Assembly (NCBI GenBank): GCA_026706245.1
Contig: JAPOZD010000030.1
Location: 1-36,703, forward strand
Reading direction: 5' to 3'
DNA from: Alphaproteobacteria bacterium
GTDB taxonomy: Bacteria > Pseudomonadota > Alphaproteobacteria > Bin95
Length of the DNA stretch: 36,703 bases
The notes under the pieces were generated by a model that saw only the letters and a list, made by a program, of their open reading frames with translations, did no database searches and was not told where the DNA came from. Both the position numbers and the translations under genes were made by a program. Shown piece after piece: positions 1-12,325 of the stretch (position 1 is the stretch's first letter; each line of letters begins with the position of its first letter).

Positions 1-51
1 TTCGGGAGAAAGAAACGACGCTATCTCAGATAGTTAGCACCCAACGGTGCG
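1..51 (-). mobile_element. Probable terminus of an inserted element (rest lies outside the window), related to the junction at ~33020-33076
   Basis: The minus strand reads CGCACCGTTGGGTGCTAACTATCTGAGATAGCGTCGTTTCTTTCTC. This resembles CGCACCTTCGGTTCTAAGGTATTGATACAGCGTTTGTTTTTCCTC upstream of the tandem integrases. It coincides with the abrupt end of the dehalogenase ORF and a drop in GC. Confidence 0.6.
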
Positions 52-1287
52 CTCCACGGTGTCGTAGCCCTGGTCGATCAGCATGACGACGGCGTAGCGG
101 TGATACATCTCTATCGGGCTGCCGTCCTCCCGGTGCGAGAACCAGGCGTAGCGCGGAATCTCGCAAATGCCGGTCAGGTCGGAGCCCAGGAAATAGGAGA
201 GCGCCTTGACCGCGCGCGCATTCGCCGCCGGGTCCCCATAGTGGTCCCTGTCCCATTCCGAAGCCGTTTCGCCGTCCTGGTGGGGCACCATGGCGCGGAT
301 GAGCTGCAGCTGGCTGAAGGACAGCGGGTGCTTGAAGGCGAAGCGGGCGCGCTCGCGCCGGGACTTCTCGCCGAGATCGCCCTTGGCCGCGCGGGTGAAG
401 AAGGCCGCGCGCTGCGGCACGCGCGGCACCTCCTCGTCGATGATGAGGGTGGTGGGCCGGTCCACGCGGCGGACCTGCTCCATCGGGTAGCGGCTCCAGT
501 GCGATTTCCGACGGGCCCGGCGCGCGCGCTCGCGGCCGGAGACGGCGCCGGCGATGCCCTTGCGGTAGGCCCGGTTGCGTGCGCCGGCCGCGCCCGGAGC
601 CAGCGGGCTGTCGCATTCCAGTTCGTAGTTGGTCGAGATTACGGCGAGCGCGAAGCCGCCTTCGATATAGGGGTTGAGCAGCCCGCCGCCTTGCCTGCGC
701 AGGCAGAGCCCGGCCAGCACGGCGAGCCGCTTCCGGTCGAGGCCCTCATCGCCGGCATGGTGGATTCGGGCTTCGAAGCCCATCTGGCGGATATGGCCGG
801 CGGTGCAGCCGGCGATTTCCAGCACGCGCATTTCGGCCGTGGCAGCGACGGCGTCCTCCACCCAGGCACGGGCGAGGTTGCCCCGGTCCGGCAGGGCGGG
901 ACAGGCCACCAGGATGACGACCGCATGGCTGTGGCCTTCCAGCGCCTCAGAGCCTTCCAGCCAGGCGTTCTCCGGGATCCGGCAGATGCCCACCTGGTCG
1001 GCGTCCATGAAATATGAGCAGCCCTTGATGTCCTCGGCGCGCCGGTCGAGCCGGGCCGGCACGGGCGCCGTCTCCGCCGCCGGGCCGCCCTCGGCGAAGC
1101 CGGCGAACAGCTCGCGGTAGTGCAGCACGGCCGGCCCGAGCGCGCCGCCGGCCGCCGCAGCCTCCGTCGGTCCGGCCGGCGGCTGCGCTGCCTCCGCCGC
1201 GACTACGGAGTCGTCCCGCGGCAGCACCTCCATCGGATAGGTGCCGAGATGGAACGGCCGGTTCTTCGATGCGTGGTGGAACAGCAT
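34..1287 (-). pseudogene. rdhA: Catabolic-type (NpRdhA/BhbA-like) reductive dehalogenase, 3'-truncated
   Basis: Internally duplicated module: 'RPFHLGTYPME...IKGCSYFMDADQVGICRIP' and 'SHWSRYPME...VKALSYFLGSDLTGICEIPRYAWFSH...YAVVMLIDQGYDT', as in catabolic B12-dependent dehalogenases. No Tat signal. The ORF stops just after 'DQGYDTVE', before any Fe-S cysteine motif. Confidence 0.8.
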
Positions 1288-1344
1288 GGCCCCGCCGCCT
1301 TGTCCGCGTCCGGCAGGGACTCCAGCCCGCCGCCCGCCCCGCTG

Positions 1345-2511
1345 TCAACCGGCCCCGAGCGTCTCGACGGCGTGGCGGCCGATTATGTTGCGCTGGATCT
1401 GGTTGGTGCCCTCGACGATCTGGAGCACCTTGGCGTCGCGGAAGAAGCGCTCGACGGGATTGTCGGCCGAAATGCCGGCCGAGCCCCAGAGCTGCACGGC
1501 GTCGGTCGCAACCGACATGGCGGCGTCGGTGGCCAGGCATTTAGCCATTGCCGCCCAGGGCGCGAGCGCGCGGCCCGAGACGCCCGCATCCGCAAGCGCG
1601 GCGGCCTTGCAGACCATCTGCCGGGCGGCCTCGGTGCGCATGGTCATGTCGGCCAGCATCCAGCGCACGCCCTGGAAGTCCGCGACCGGCTGCCCGAACG
1701 CCTCGCGCCCGCGCACGAACGCCGCCGCCAGGCCGAGCGCGCCCTGGGCGACGCCGACGCCGCGCGCGCCGATCATCGGGCGCGAGCGGTTGAAGGCTTC
1801 CATCACCGTCAGCCAGCCCTCGCCCTCCGGTCCGATGCGGTTTTCCTCCGGCACGAAGGCGCCGTCGAAGAAGAGCGGGCAGGAGGGAATGCCGCGCGAG
1901 CCGAGCTTGCGCTCCGGGGCGCCGACGGTCAGCCCCGGCGTCCCCTTTTCCACCGCGAACACGGAAATGCCGCGATGGCGGGCGGAGGGGTCCGTCTTGG
2001 CCGCCACCACGATGAAATCGGCTTCCGGGCTGTTGGTACACCAGACCTTGGCCCCGTCGATGCGGTAGCCGCCTTCCGTGCGGGTTGCGCGCGTCCTGAT
2101 CCCGGCAGCGTCGGAGCCGGACTGCGGCTCGGTAACGGAGATCGCGGCTTTCAGATCGCCGCTGGCGAGGCCCGGCAGCCAGCGCTCATGCTGCGCGGGA
2201 GAGCCGCCTGCGAGCACCGCCGCGAAGGGCGTCCACTGGACGAGCAGCAGGTAGGCGGTGTTGTAGCAGACGCGGCCCAGCTCCTCGATGGCGAGGCAGC
2301 CGGAGAGCACGCTGTCCGCGCCGCCATAGCGTTCCGGGAAGGGCAGCGCGAAAAGGCCGAGGTCGCGGAGCGCGGCGAACATGTCATGCGGATAGGCGGC
2401 GTCCCGGTCGATCTCCGCCGCGCGCGGCGCCACCTTCTCGCGGGCAAAGGCGCGCACCGTGTCGCGCAGCAGCCGCTGTTCCCCGCTTAGCCCGAAATCC
2501 TCCGGGATCAC
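1345..2511 (-). CDS. Acyl-CoA dehydrogenase family protein
   Basis: Motifs '[13 protein letters not shown]', '[10 protein letters not shown]', '[12 protein letters not shown]' and '[21 protein letters not shown]'. GTG start overlaps the stop of the upstream ORF. Confidence 0.93.
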   Translation of the reverse strand: MIPEDFGLSGEQRLLRDTVRAFAREKVAPRAAEIDRDAAYPHDMFAALRDLGLFALPFPERYGGADSVLSGCLAIEELGRVCYNTAYLLLVQWTPFAAVLAGGSPAQHERWLPGLASGDLKAAISVTEPQSGSDAAGIRTRATRTEGGYRIDGAKVWCTNSPEADFIVVAAKTDPSARHRGISVFAVEKGTPGLTVGAPERKLGSRGIPSCPLFFDGAFVPEENRIGPEGEGWLTVMEAFNRSRPMIGARGVGVAQGALGLAAAFVRGREAFGQPVADFQGVRWMLADMTMRTEAARQMVCKAAALADAGVSGRALAPWAAMAKCLATDAAMSVATDAVQLWGSAGISADNPVERFFRDAKVLQIVEGTNQIQRNIIGRHAVETLGAG

Positions 2512-2834
2512 TGCGACGCCGGCCCCTGGCCGGTCCGGTCCGAGAGCCTTGCACCCGCGAGATTGGCGCCGGCCAGGTTTGCATCGCTTAGCGAGGCGCC
2601 TGAGAGGTTGGCGTTCTTCAGATTGGCGTCTTGCAGGTTCGCTTCGGCCAGATTCGCCCCCGCAAGGTCGGCATTCTCTAGGTTCGCTTCCCTCAGGTTC
2701 GCCGCCTTCATGTTAGCCCGTTTCAGGTTGGCCCCTTGCAGGTTCGCGGCTTCCAGATTCGCGTCCTCGAGGTTTGCACCCTCCAGGTTGGCACCCGGAC
2801 AATCGGTGTTCGGCGCGACGTTGCGAGGACCCAA
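2508..2834 (-). CDS. Short pentapeptide-repeat protein (possibly a 5'-truncated remnant)
   Basis: 17 consecutive A(N/D/S/R)(L/M)xx pentapeptides from ANLEG to ARLSD. TTG start with no clear RBS. Confidence 0.75.
   Translation of the reverse strand: MGPRNVAPNTDCPGANLEGANLEDANLEAANLQGANLKRANMKAANLREANLENADLAGANLAEANLQDANLKNANLSGASLSDANLAGANLAGARLSDRTGQGPASQ
2538..2792 (-). repeat. Degenerate 15-bp coding tandem repeat (17 units) encoding the pentapeptides
   Basis: Recurrent AGGTT/AGATT at 15-bp spacing on the + strand (GCN AAY CTN on the - strand). Confidence 0.85.
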
Positions 2835-2842
2835 GGCAAGCC

Positions 2843-3958
2843 CTATTCGGCGGCGGCGGCGAGCGGCGGGGCGGCGCCGATCTCGACGCCGGTGTCGTGC
2901 GCCTTGAGGCGGGGCAACACCTTCTCGGCGAAGAGGCGCTGGTTCTCGCGCGCGATGTCGTAGGGCATGCCGCCATAGGAGAGCGCGGCCAGGAAGCCGC
3001 CGCAGCCCGCGCGCTCGACATTGGCGATGACGCCCTCCACCACCTCGTCCGGCGTGCCCCAGACCTGGAGGTCGGCGAGGAAGCGCACGAAGGTATCGAT
3101 GCCGTGCTTGTGGATGTTGCGGGCGAGCGCGCCGTAATATTCGTAGCCCGGAATGTCGGCCAGGCCCTCATTGTGGAACTCGTAGTGCTTGAGCGCCGAG
3201 CGGCAGTAGCCGACGATGTAGTTCTCATACATCTCGCGCGCCTTCTCGCGGTCCTCATGCACGGCGACGAAACTCGCGATGATCGGCTTCGGCGCTTCCT
3301 CGCCATTATTGTGCTGCCGGTAGAGCTCGCGGTAGTTCTCCAGCTCCTCCAGCGTCTTCTCCCAGGGCTTCTGGGCGATGATGAGGATGCCGATGCCGAG
3401 CCGCGCCATGATCTCCGCCGACTGCGGCGAGACGGAGGCCGCATAGGTGCGCCCGCGGAAGGACTTGAAGGGCTTCGGCCGGATGTCGGTCGGTGGCTGG
3501 CGGAGATGCTTGCCGTCGCTCTCGATCGTGCCGGTCTCGAGCGCGCCCATCACCGCTTCGGCATATTCGACGAAGCGCTCGCGGCTCTCGCCCATATTGA
3601 GGCGGAAGCCGTTGAACTCGACCCGCCCGAGGCCGCGCCCCATGCCGAAGATCACCCGCCCGTCCGACAGGTGGTCCAGCAGCGCAAGCTCCTCCGCGAC
3701 CCGCACCGGCTCGTGCCAGGGCAGCACGACCACCATGGTGCCTAGCCCGGCGCGCGTCGTCCGCCCGGCCATGTAGGTCAGGAACTGGGTCACGCTCGGG
3801 CACATGGTGTAGTCGGTGAAATGGTGCTCGGCCGACCAGATGCTGTCGAAGCCCATCGGCTCCGCCGCCTCGGCCAGCGCCACCTCCTGCCGCCAGACCT
3901 CGCGGTCGGTGAGTTTCCTGTCGGGATTCTGGAAAAAGCAGCTCAGGCCGACATGCAT
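2843..3958 (-). CDS. LLM-class (luciferase-like) flavin-dependent oxidoreductase
   Basis: Motifs '[12 protein letters not shown]', '[31 protein letters not shown]', 'WGTPDEV' and '[10 protein letters not shown]'. Confidence 0.92.
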   Translation of the reverse strand: MHVGLSCFFQNPDRKLTDREVWRQEVALAEAAEPMGFDSIWSAEHHFTDYTMCPSVTQFLTYMAGRTTRAGLGTMVVVLPWHEPVRVAEELALLDHLSDGRVIFGMGRGLGRVEFNGFRLNMGESRERFVEYAEAVMGALETGTIESDGKHLRQPPTDIRPKPFKSFRGRTYAASVSPQSAEIMARLGIGILIIAQKPWEKTLEELENYRELYRQHNNGEEAPKPIIASFVAVHEDREKAREMYENYIVGYCRSALKHYEFHNEGLADIPGYEYYGALARNIHKHGIDTFVRFLADLQVWGTPDEVVEGVIANVERAGCGGFLAALSYGGMPYDIARENQRLFAEKVLPRLKAHDTGVEIGAAPPLAAAAE

Positions 3959-4222
3959 GGCAAAGGCGCGCTCCTCGGGTCGCTTGGATTGAATTGCGGA
4001 CTAGCTTTCCTGCTACGCCGCCGCCGGTCAAGAAGCGACATGACGCCGACGGCCAGCCTTTCCGTCGAATGAAACCTGCGCCGCTGCACGCGGATTCCGG
4101 GAATTGCGATGCGGCAGCCAAGAACGCTACTGTCGAACCCGCCTCACAAGCCGCGTCGCGCGGTGGCGCGTCTTTGCGATCTTGGATCGACACTGGCGCA
4201 ATACTGCCAGGGAGAATGCGGA

Positions 4223-4906
4223 ATGCGCGCCTGCCGGATCTTCGCCCTTACGGGCCTGCTCTTGGTCTTCGCCATCGACGGAGCGCGGGCGAATGACGCC
4301 GACTCCGCAGCAGCGGTCGCGGAACTCAAGAAGCTCTACATAGAATTCCAATTGTTCAAGAACGATCCGGAATTCCACGCCGTCGGATACGGTCGGTGTT
4401 GCGAGTACTACCAGTGGATGAAGAACGTTGATGCGCTTCGAGGTGGCAACGCGAGAGACTTTCTCAGTCTATTCGGAATTCTTCCAAGCGAACTCATCGC
4501 ACTCGGTCGAGAGTATTACAATGGCAGAGGAAATGGAGAAACAGCCCAGCATTTTGAGAGCCTTATAAACTGGTCGAATGCCCCTTCTAGGGAAGGGTCC
4601 GTTGTCAAGAACGCCAACCCTAAAGCCAACGATGTGATAGGAGTATGGATATACATGCCGTCTAGCACGTGGAAGCAAACGATCGCAATTAAGCAGACGA
4701 ATGGCAAACTTGTCCAGGTTGACAGATTCCACGACGGATCGAGCCGACAACAAGAACTGGTGGAACTTACTCCGCGACGCGGCCAAACAAGGCGATTTCG
4801 TCCCAATCCGAAGTCGCCGTACGGAGAATACCTTGCGATCCTGATCGACGGCCGTCTGGCGCTTTACGATTCGGCGGGATTGATAGGAACGGCGACACAG
4901 AAGTAG
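4223..4906 (+). CDS. Hypothetical exported protein of lower GC than its neighbours
   Basis: GGAGA RBS at 4211 before ATG 4223. Signal-peptide-like start 'MRACRIFALTGLLLVFAIDGARA'. Many A/T-ending codons. No family recognised. Confidence 0.7.
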   Translation: MRACRIFALTGLLLVFAIDGARANDADSAAAVAELKKLYIEFQLFKNDPEFHAVGYGRCCEYYQWMKNVDALRGGNARDFLSLFGILPSELIALGREYYNGRGNGETAQHFESLINWSNAPSREGSVVKNANPKANDVIGVWIYMPSSTWKQTIAIKQTNGKLVQVDRFHDGSSRQQELVELTPRRGQTRRFRPNPKSPYGEYLAILIDGRLALYDSAGLIGTATQK

Positions 4907-5008
4907 TGAAACACCAACCCGTCAATCCCGGTCCTCGCCGGGAAGTGTGGAACGCTGCCGCCGGGTGCAGGTGCGACGAAATTCGGGCGCGCCTTCTCCT
5001 TCACCGCC

Positions 5009-8634
<3,626 letters not shown>

Positions 8635-8637
8635 GGA

Positions 8638-9759
8638 TCACACGCGCATCGGCATCAGCACATAGAGCGCGCTCGAATCCACCATGTCGCGCACCACGGT
8701 GGGCGCTGCCGGGTCGGCGAGCTCGAGCGCCGCCGTGCCGCCTTCGATGCGGCGCAGGATTTCGAGCAGGTAGCGGGCGTTGAAGCCGATCTCCATCGGC
8801 GCCCCGTCGAACCGCACGTCGATTTCCTCCGTCGCCGTGCCGTAGGTCGGGTCGGCGGCGGACAGCTGGACGCTGCCCGTGTCGATGGCGAGCTTGACCG
8901 CCCGGGTGCGCTCGGAGGAGATCGCCGACACGCGGTCCACCGCCTCGGCCAGTGTGCCGCTTTCGACTTCGAGCCGCTTGTCGTTGCCGGCCGGGATCAC
9001 GCGCTCATAGTCGGGGTAGGTGCCGTCGATGAGCTTGGAGGTGAGCTCGACGCTGCCGATGACGAACCGGATTCCGGTTTCGGACAGCGCGATCGAGACA
9101 TCGCCGTCCTCGCCCTCCAGCAGCTTGCGGAGCTCCTGGACCGCCTTGCGCGGCACGATCACGCCGCCCGGCATATCCTCCGCGCCCGCCGGCCTCGGCA
9201 CCTCGACCCGCGCCAGCCGGTGGCCGTCGGTCGCGACCGCGCGCAGCACCGGCACGCCCTCATGCTCCGTGGTGTGCAGGTAGATGCCGTTCAGGTAGTA
9301 GCGCGTCTCCTCGGTGGAGGCGGCGAAGCCGGTCCGGTCGATCAGGCCGCGCAGGTCCTCGGCGGCAAGCTGGAAACGGCAGGCGAACTCGGCCTTGGAG
9401 AGCTCCGGGAACTCTTCCGGCGGCAGGGCGGAAAGCGTGAAGGTGGACCGCCCGCAGCGCAGCCTTATGCGGTCCGAGCCGTCCTCGGTCTCCAGCTCCA
9501 CCTGCGCGCCGTCGGGCAGCTTGCGGGCGATGTCGTAGAGCACCTGCGCCGGCAGCGTGGTGCCGCCGCCCGAGACCGCGTCGGCGTCCACCGTCTCCAC
9601 GGCGCCCAGCTCCAGGTCGGTCGCCGAGAGGCGCAGCCGCCCGTCCGCCGCTTCGAGCATGACATTGCCCAGAATCGGGATGGTGTTGGCCCGTTCGACC
9701 ACGCTCTGCGCATGGCTGAGCGATTTCAGGAACTGGCTGCGTTCGATGGTGAGCTTCAT
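8638..9759 (-). CDS. dnaN: DNA polymerase III beta sliding clamp
   Basis: Motifs 'TIPILGNV', 'ATDLE', 'ETRYYLNG', 'VATDGHRLA', 'KLIDGTYPDY' and C-terminal 'VLMPMRV'. Confidence 0.98.
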   Translation of the reverse strand: MKLTIERSQFLKSLSHAQSVVERANTIPILGNVMLEAADGRLRLSATDLELGAVETVDADAVSGGGTTLPAQVLYDIARKLPDGAQVELETEDGSDRIRLRCGRSTFTLSALPPEEFPELSKAEFACRFQLAAEDLRGLIDRTGFAASTEETRYYLNGIYLHTTEHEGVPVLRAVATDGHRLARVEVPRPAGAEDMPGGVIVPRKAVQELRKLLEGEDGDVSIALSETGIRFVIGSVELTSKLIDGTYPDYERVIPAGNDKRLEVESGTLAEAVDRVSAISSERTRAVKLAIDTGSVQLSAADPTYGTATEEIDVRFDGAPMEIGFNARYLLEILRRIEGGTAALELADPAAPTVVRDMVDSSALYVLMPMRV

Positions 9760-9844
9760 CGTCGCTCCCGGAGCGGCTATGGTGTCCAGTGGCGGGCTTT
9801 TGTTAGCCTTCCACTATAACAGCCCCGATTCGGGAGGGGAATCC

Positions 9845-10606
9845 ATGTTGAGCACCGCCGAGTTGGAAAAATACAATGAGGACGGCTATGTGACGCCCGG
9901 TTTCCGGCTGCCCGAACGGGACCTGGAGGATATCCGCGCCCATCACGGCCGGCTGGTCGAACGCCACCCCGAATACCGCGACTACTGCCCCAACCTGCTG
10001 GCCCACGACCTGGCCTTCCTGAACTGGGCCCGCGTGCCGGAAATCCTCGACATGGTGGAGCAGGTGCTGGGGCCGGACATCGCGCTCTGGAACTCCAGCT
10101 TTTTCGCCAAGCCGGCGCTGAACGGGCGCAAGACGCCCTGGCACCAGGACGGCGAATACTGGCCGGTGCGCCCGCTCGCCACCTGCACGGTCTGGATCGC
10201 GGTCGATGCCTCGACGCAGGAGAACGGCTGCCTGAACGTGCTGCGCGGCTCGCACCGGGACAGGCGGCTGCGCGCCCACGACACCAATGATGACCCGGCC
10301 TACACGCTGAACCAGGAGCTGCGCGAGGAGGAATTCGACGAGGACCTCGCCGTGCCCATCGAGCTTGAGGCGGGCCAGGTCTCGCTGCACGACGTCTATC
10401 TGGTCCACGGCTCGGAGGCCAACAATTCCTCCAGACCGCGCCGCGGCATGACCCTGCGCTACATGCCGACCACCTCCGTGTTCGACCGCGGGATCGCCGC
10501 CGGCCTCGCCCGCGACAAGGGCCTCGTGGACCACTCCGCCCGTACGCTGTTTCTCATGCGCGGCGAGGACCGCTCCGGCCGGAACGACTTCCGCATCCGC
10601 CTCTGA
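9845..10606 (+). CDS. Phytanoyl-CoA dioxygenase (PhyH) family Fe(II)/2-oxoglutarate dioxygenase
   Basis: 'TPWHQDGEYW' (HxD), 'WIAVDAST.ENGCL', 'LVHGSEAN.S.RPRR'. GGAGGGG RBS before ATG 9845. Confidence 0.92.
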   Translation: MLSTAELEKYNEDGYVTPGFRLPERDLEDIRAHHGRLVERHPEYRDYCPNLLAHDLAFLNWARVPEILDMVEQVLGPDIALWNSSFFAKPALNGRKTPWHQDGEYWPVRPLATCTVWIAVDASTQENGCLNVLRGSHRDRRLRAHDTNDDPAYTLNQELREEEFDEDLAVPIELEAGQVSLHDVYLVHGSEANNSSRPRRGMTLRYMPTTSVFDRGIAAGLARDKGLVDHSARTLFLMRGEDRSGRNDFRIRL

Positions 10607-10613
10607 GGGAAGT

Positions 10614-11069
10614 TCAGGACGCCGCGGCGGCCTTTCCGAAAGGCGGGCAACACTCAGCGGCCGGTTTCTCGTGCCCCTCACGCGGCCCGAGCGCATCGAA
10701 CAGGGCGTCGGTGTCGTCTGTGATGCGGTACCATTCCCAGCGCAGGCCCTGCGGCTCCGTCGCCCAGACCTTGTTCTGCGTGGCGTGGCAGCAGCGCGTT
10801 TCCTGCTCGATCAGATGGTCGATGCCGGCGGCCTGGATCCGGTCCGTGGCGGCGGTAACGTCCTCCTCGCGGAAAACCTCGACGCCCAGATGATTGATGC
10901 GCTCGCCCGCGCCCGGGCGCTCGAACAGCACGAGCTTGAGCGGCGGGTTGTCGATGGCGAAATTGGCGTAGCCCGGCTTGCGCTTGTGGACCGGCGCGTC
11001 GAACATCTTCGAGTAGAAGTCGATGGCCTCTTCGAGATCGTCCACATTGAGGGCGAGTTGCAGGCGCAT
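10614..11069 (-). CDS. arsI: ArsI/CadI-family VOC metalloenzyme (putative organoarsenical C-As lyase)
   Basis: 'MRLQLALNVDDL', 'KPGYANFAI..PPLKLVL', 'INHLGVEV', vicinal 'CC', 'KVW' and 'WEWY'. AGGAGG RBS. Directly downstream of arsR. Confidence 0.85.
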   Translation of the reverse strand: MRLQLALNVDDLEEAIDFYSKMFDAPVHKRKPGYANFAIDNPPLKLVLFERPGAGERINHLGVEVFREEDVTAATDRIQAAGIDHLIEQETRCCHATQNKVWATEPQGLRWEWYRITDDTDALFDALGPREGHEKPAAECCPPFGKAAAAS

Positions 11070-11080
11070 GGCAGCCTCCT

Positions 11081-11392
11081 TCAGGGCCGGGCCGCCTTCG
11101 GCGGACACGCGCCCTGGCAGCAATTGTCGGTAAGGAACCGCAGCAACGCCTCCATACGCGGAAAGTCGGCGGCATAGACGAGCTCGCGCCCCTGGCGCGC
11201 GCGCCGCACCATGCCGGCTTCCTTCAGCGCCTTCAGATGGAAGGAGAGGGTTGCTGCGGGAATGTCGAGGGCGCCAGCAATCGCGCCGGCGGGCAGGCCC
11301 TCAGGCCCCCGCTCGACCAGCAGCCGGAACACGTCGAGGCGCGTTTCCTGCGCCAGCGCACCCAGGGCGGTGATTGCGGCGTTCTTTTCCAT
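11081..11392 (-). CDS. arsR: ArsR/SmtB family repressor with C-terminal cysteines
   Basis: 'ALAQETRLDVFRLLV', HTH 'ATLSFHLKAL' and 'FLTDNCCQGAC'. Confidence 0.92.
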   Translation of the reverse strand: MEKNAAITALGALAQETRLDVFRLLVERGPEGLPAGAIAGALDIPAATLSFHLKALKEAGMVRRARQGRELVYAADFPRMEALLRFLTDNCCQGACPPKAARP

Positions 11393-11426
11393 ATTTCCAA
11401 TATAGTCGAATTGATTAGCTTGTCAA
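11393..11426 (-). promoter_or_regulatory. sigma70-type promoter and imperfect palindromic operator of arsR
   Basis: Minus strand TTGACA (11426-11421), N16, TATATT (11404-11399). The dyad AATTCGAC-TATA-TTGGAAAT overlaps the -10 box. Confidence 0.65.
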
Positions 11427-12325
11427 GCGGCGTGTGGCGAAGACTCTCCAGGAGTGGAAACGGGGCGCCCCGTCCCGTGGAAAGCGGGACTGGCGAAGGC
11501 GAGGCGGCGGGCCATGACGCGGACGGCCTCGGGATTGCTGTCCACCAGCACGGCGCGCCGGCCGTTGCGGACTGCCGCTTCGCCGGTCGTGCCGCTGCCG
11601 GCGAAGAAGTCGAGCACCCTCTCGCCCGGATTGGAATGAACGCGCACGATGCGGTTGAGAATCGCGACGGGCTTCTGCGTCGGATAGCCGGTCTTCTCCC
11701 TGCCGCCCGGGCTCACGATGGTCTGCCACCACACATCGGTCGGCGTCTTGCCGCGCGCCGCCTTTACAGGCCCCACGAGGCCCGGCGCCCTATAGGGAAT
11801 GCGGTCTATGTCGTCATAGCGGTAGGTGTAGTTGTCCGGGTCCTTCGCATACCAGAGGATGTTGTCGTGCTTGGCGGACCAGCGCCGCTTCGAGCGCGCG
11901 CCGTAATCGTAGGCCCAGACGATCTCGTTGATGAACGAGTCCCGCCCGAAGATTTCGTCCAGCAGCACCTTGCAGTAATGCGACTCGCGACAGTCGATAT
12001 GGAGGAAGAAGGAGCCGTGGGGCGCGAGCAGCCGGTGCGCCTCCCGGAGCCGGGGTTCGATGAAGGCCGTATAGTCGTCGAAGACATCGTCCCAGGAGGA
12101 GGCGCCGAGGCGAACCGTGCGGTAGCGCCGGCCCTGGAAGCCCGTCCGGTCGCCCCCGTCGTCGCGGATCGTGCGAAGCCGTGTGCGGGCCTGCGCCTTG
12201 CCGGTGTTGAAGGGCGGGTCGATATAGATGAGATCGAAACTGCCGTCCCCGAAGCGCGGGAGCACCTCCAGATTGTCGCCAAGGTGGATTTCCAGCCCCG
12301 GCGACGCGCTTTCCGGGGCCGTCAC
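11423..12325 (-). CDS. Orphan beta-class N6-adenine/N4-cytosine DNA methyltransferase
   Basis: 'DLIYIDPPFNTG' (motif IV) precedes 'YPTQKP' and 'VLDFFAGSGTT' (motif I). GTG start at 12325 overlaps the amidohydrolase stop (GTGA). Confidence 0.9.
   Translation of the reverse strand: MTAPESASPGLEIHLGDNLEVLPRFGDGSFDLIYIDPPFNTGKAQARTRLRTIRDDGGDRTGFQGRRYRTVRLGASSWDDVFDDYTAFIEPRLREAHRLLAPHGSFFLHIDCRESHYCKVLLDEIFGRDSFINEIVWAYDYGARSKRRWSAKHDNILWYAKDPDNYTYRYDDIDRIPYRAPGLVGPVKAARGKTPTDVWWQTIVSPGGREKTGYPTQKPVAILNRIVRVHSNPGERVLDFFAGSGTTGEAAVRNGRRAVLVDSNPEAVRVMARRLAFASPAFHGTGRPVSTPGESSPHAA

Noticed and set aside
34-60. TTAGCACCC resembles the left half of a CIRCE (HrcA) operator
   Set aside because: No GAGTGCTAA half-site follows after 9 bp, and it lies in the insertion junction rather than upstream of a chaperone gene.
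2538-2792. Regular short repeats that might suggest a CRISPR array
   Set aside because: The period is 15 bp with no unique spacers, fully explained by pentapeptide coding.
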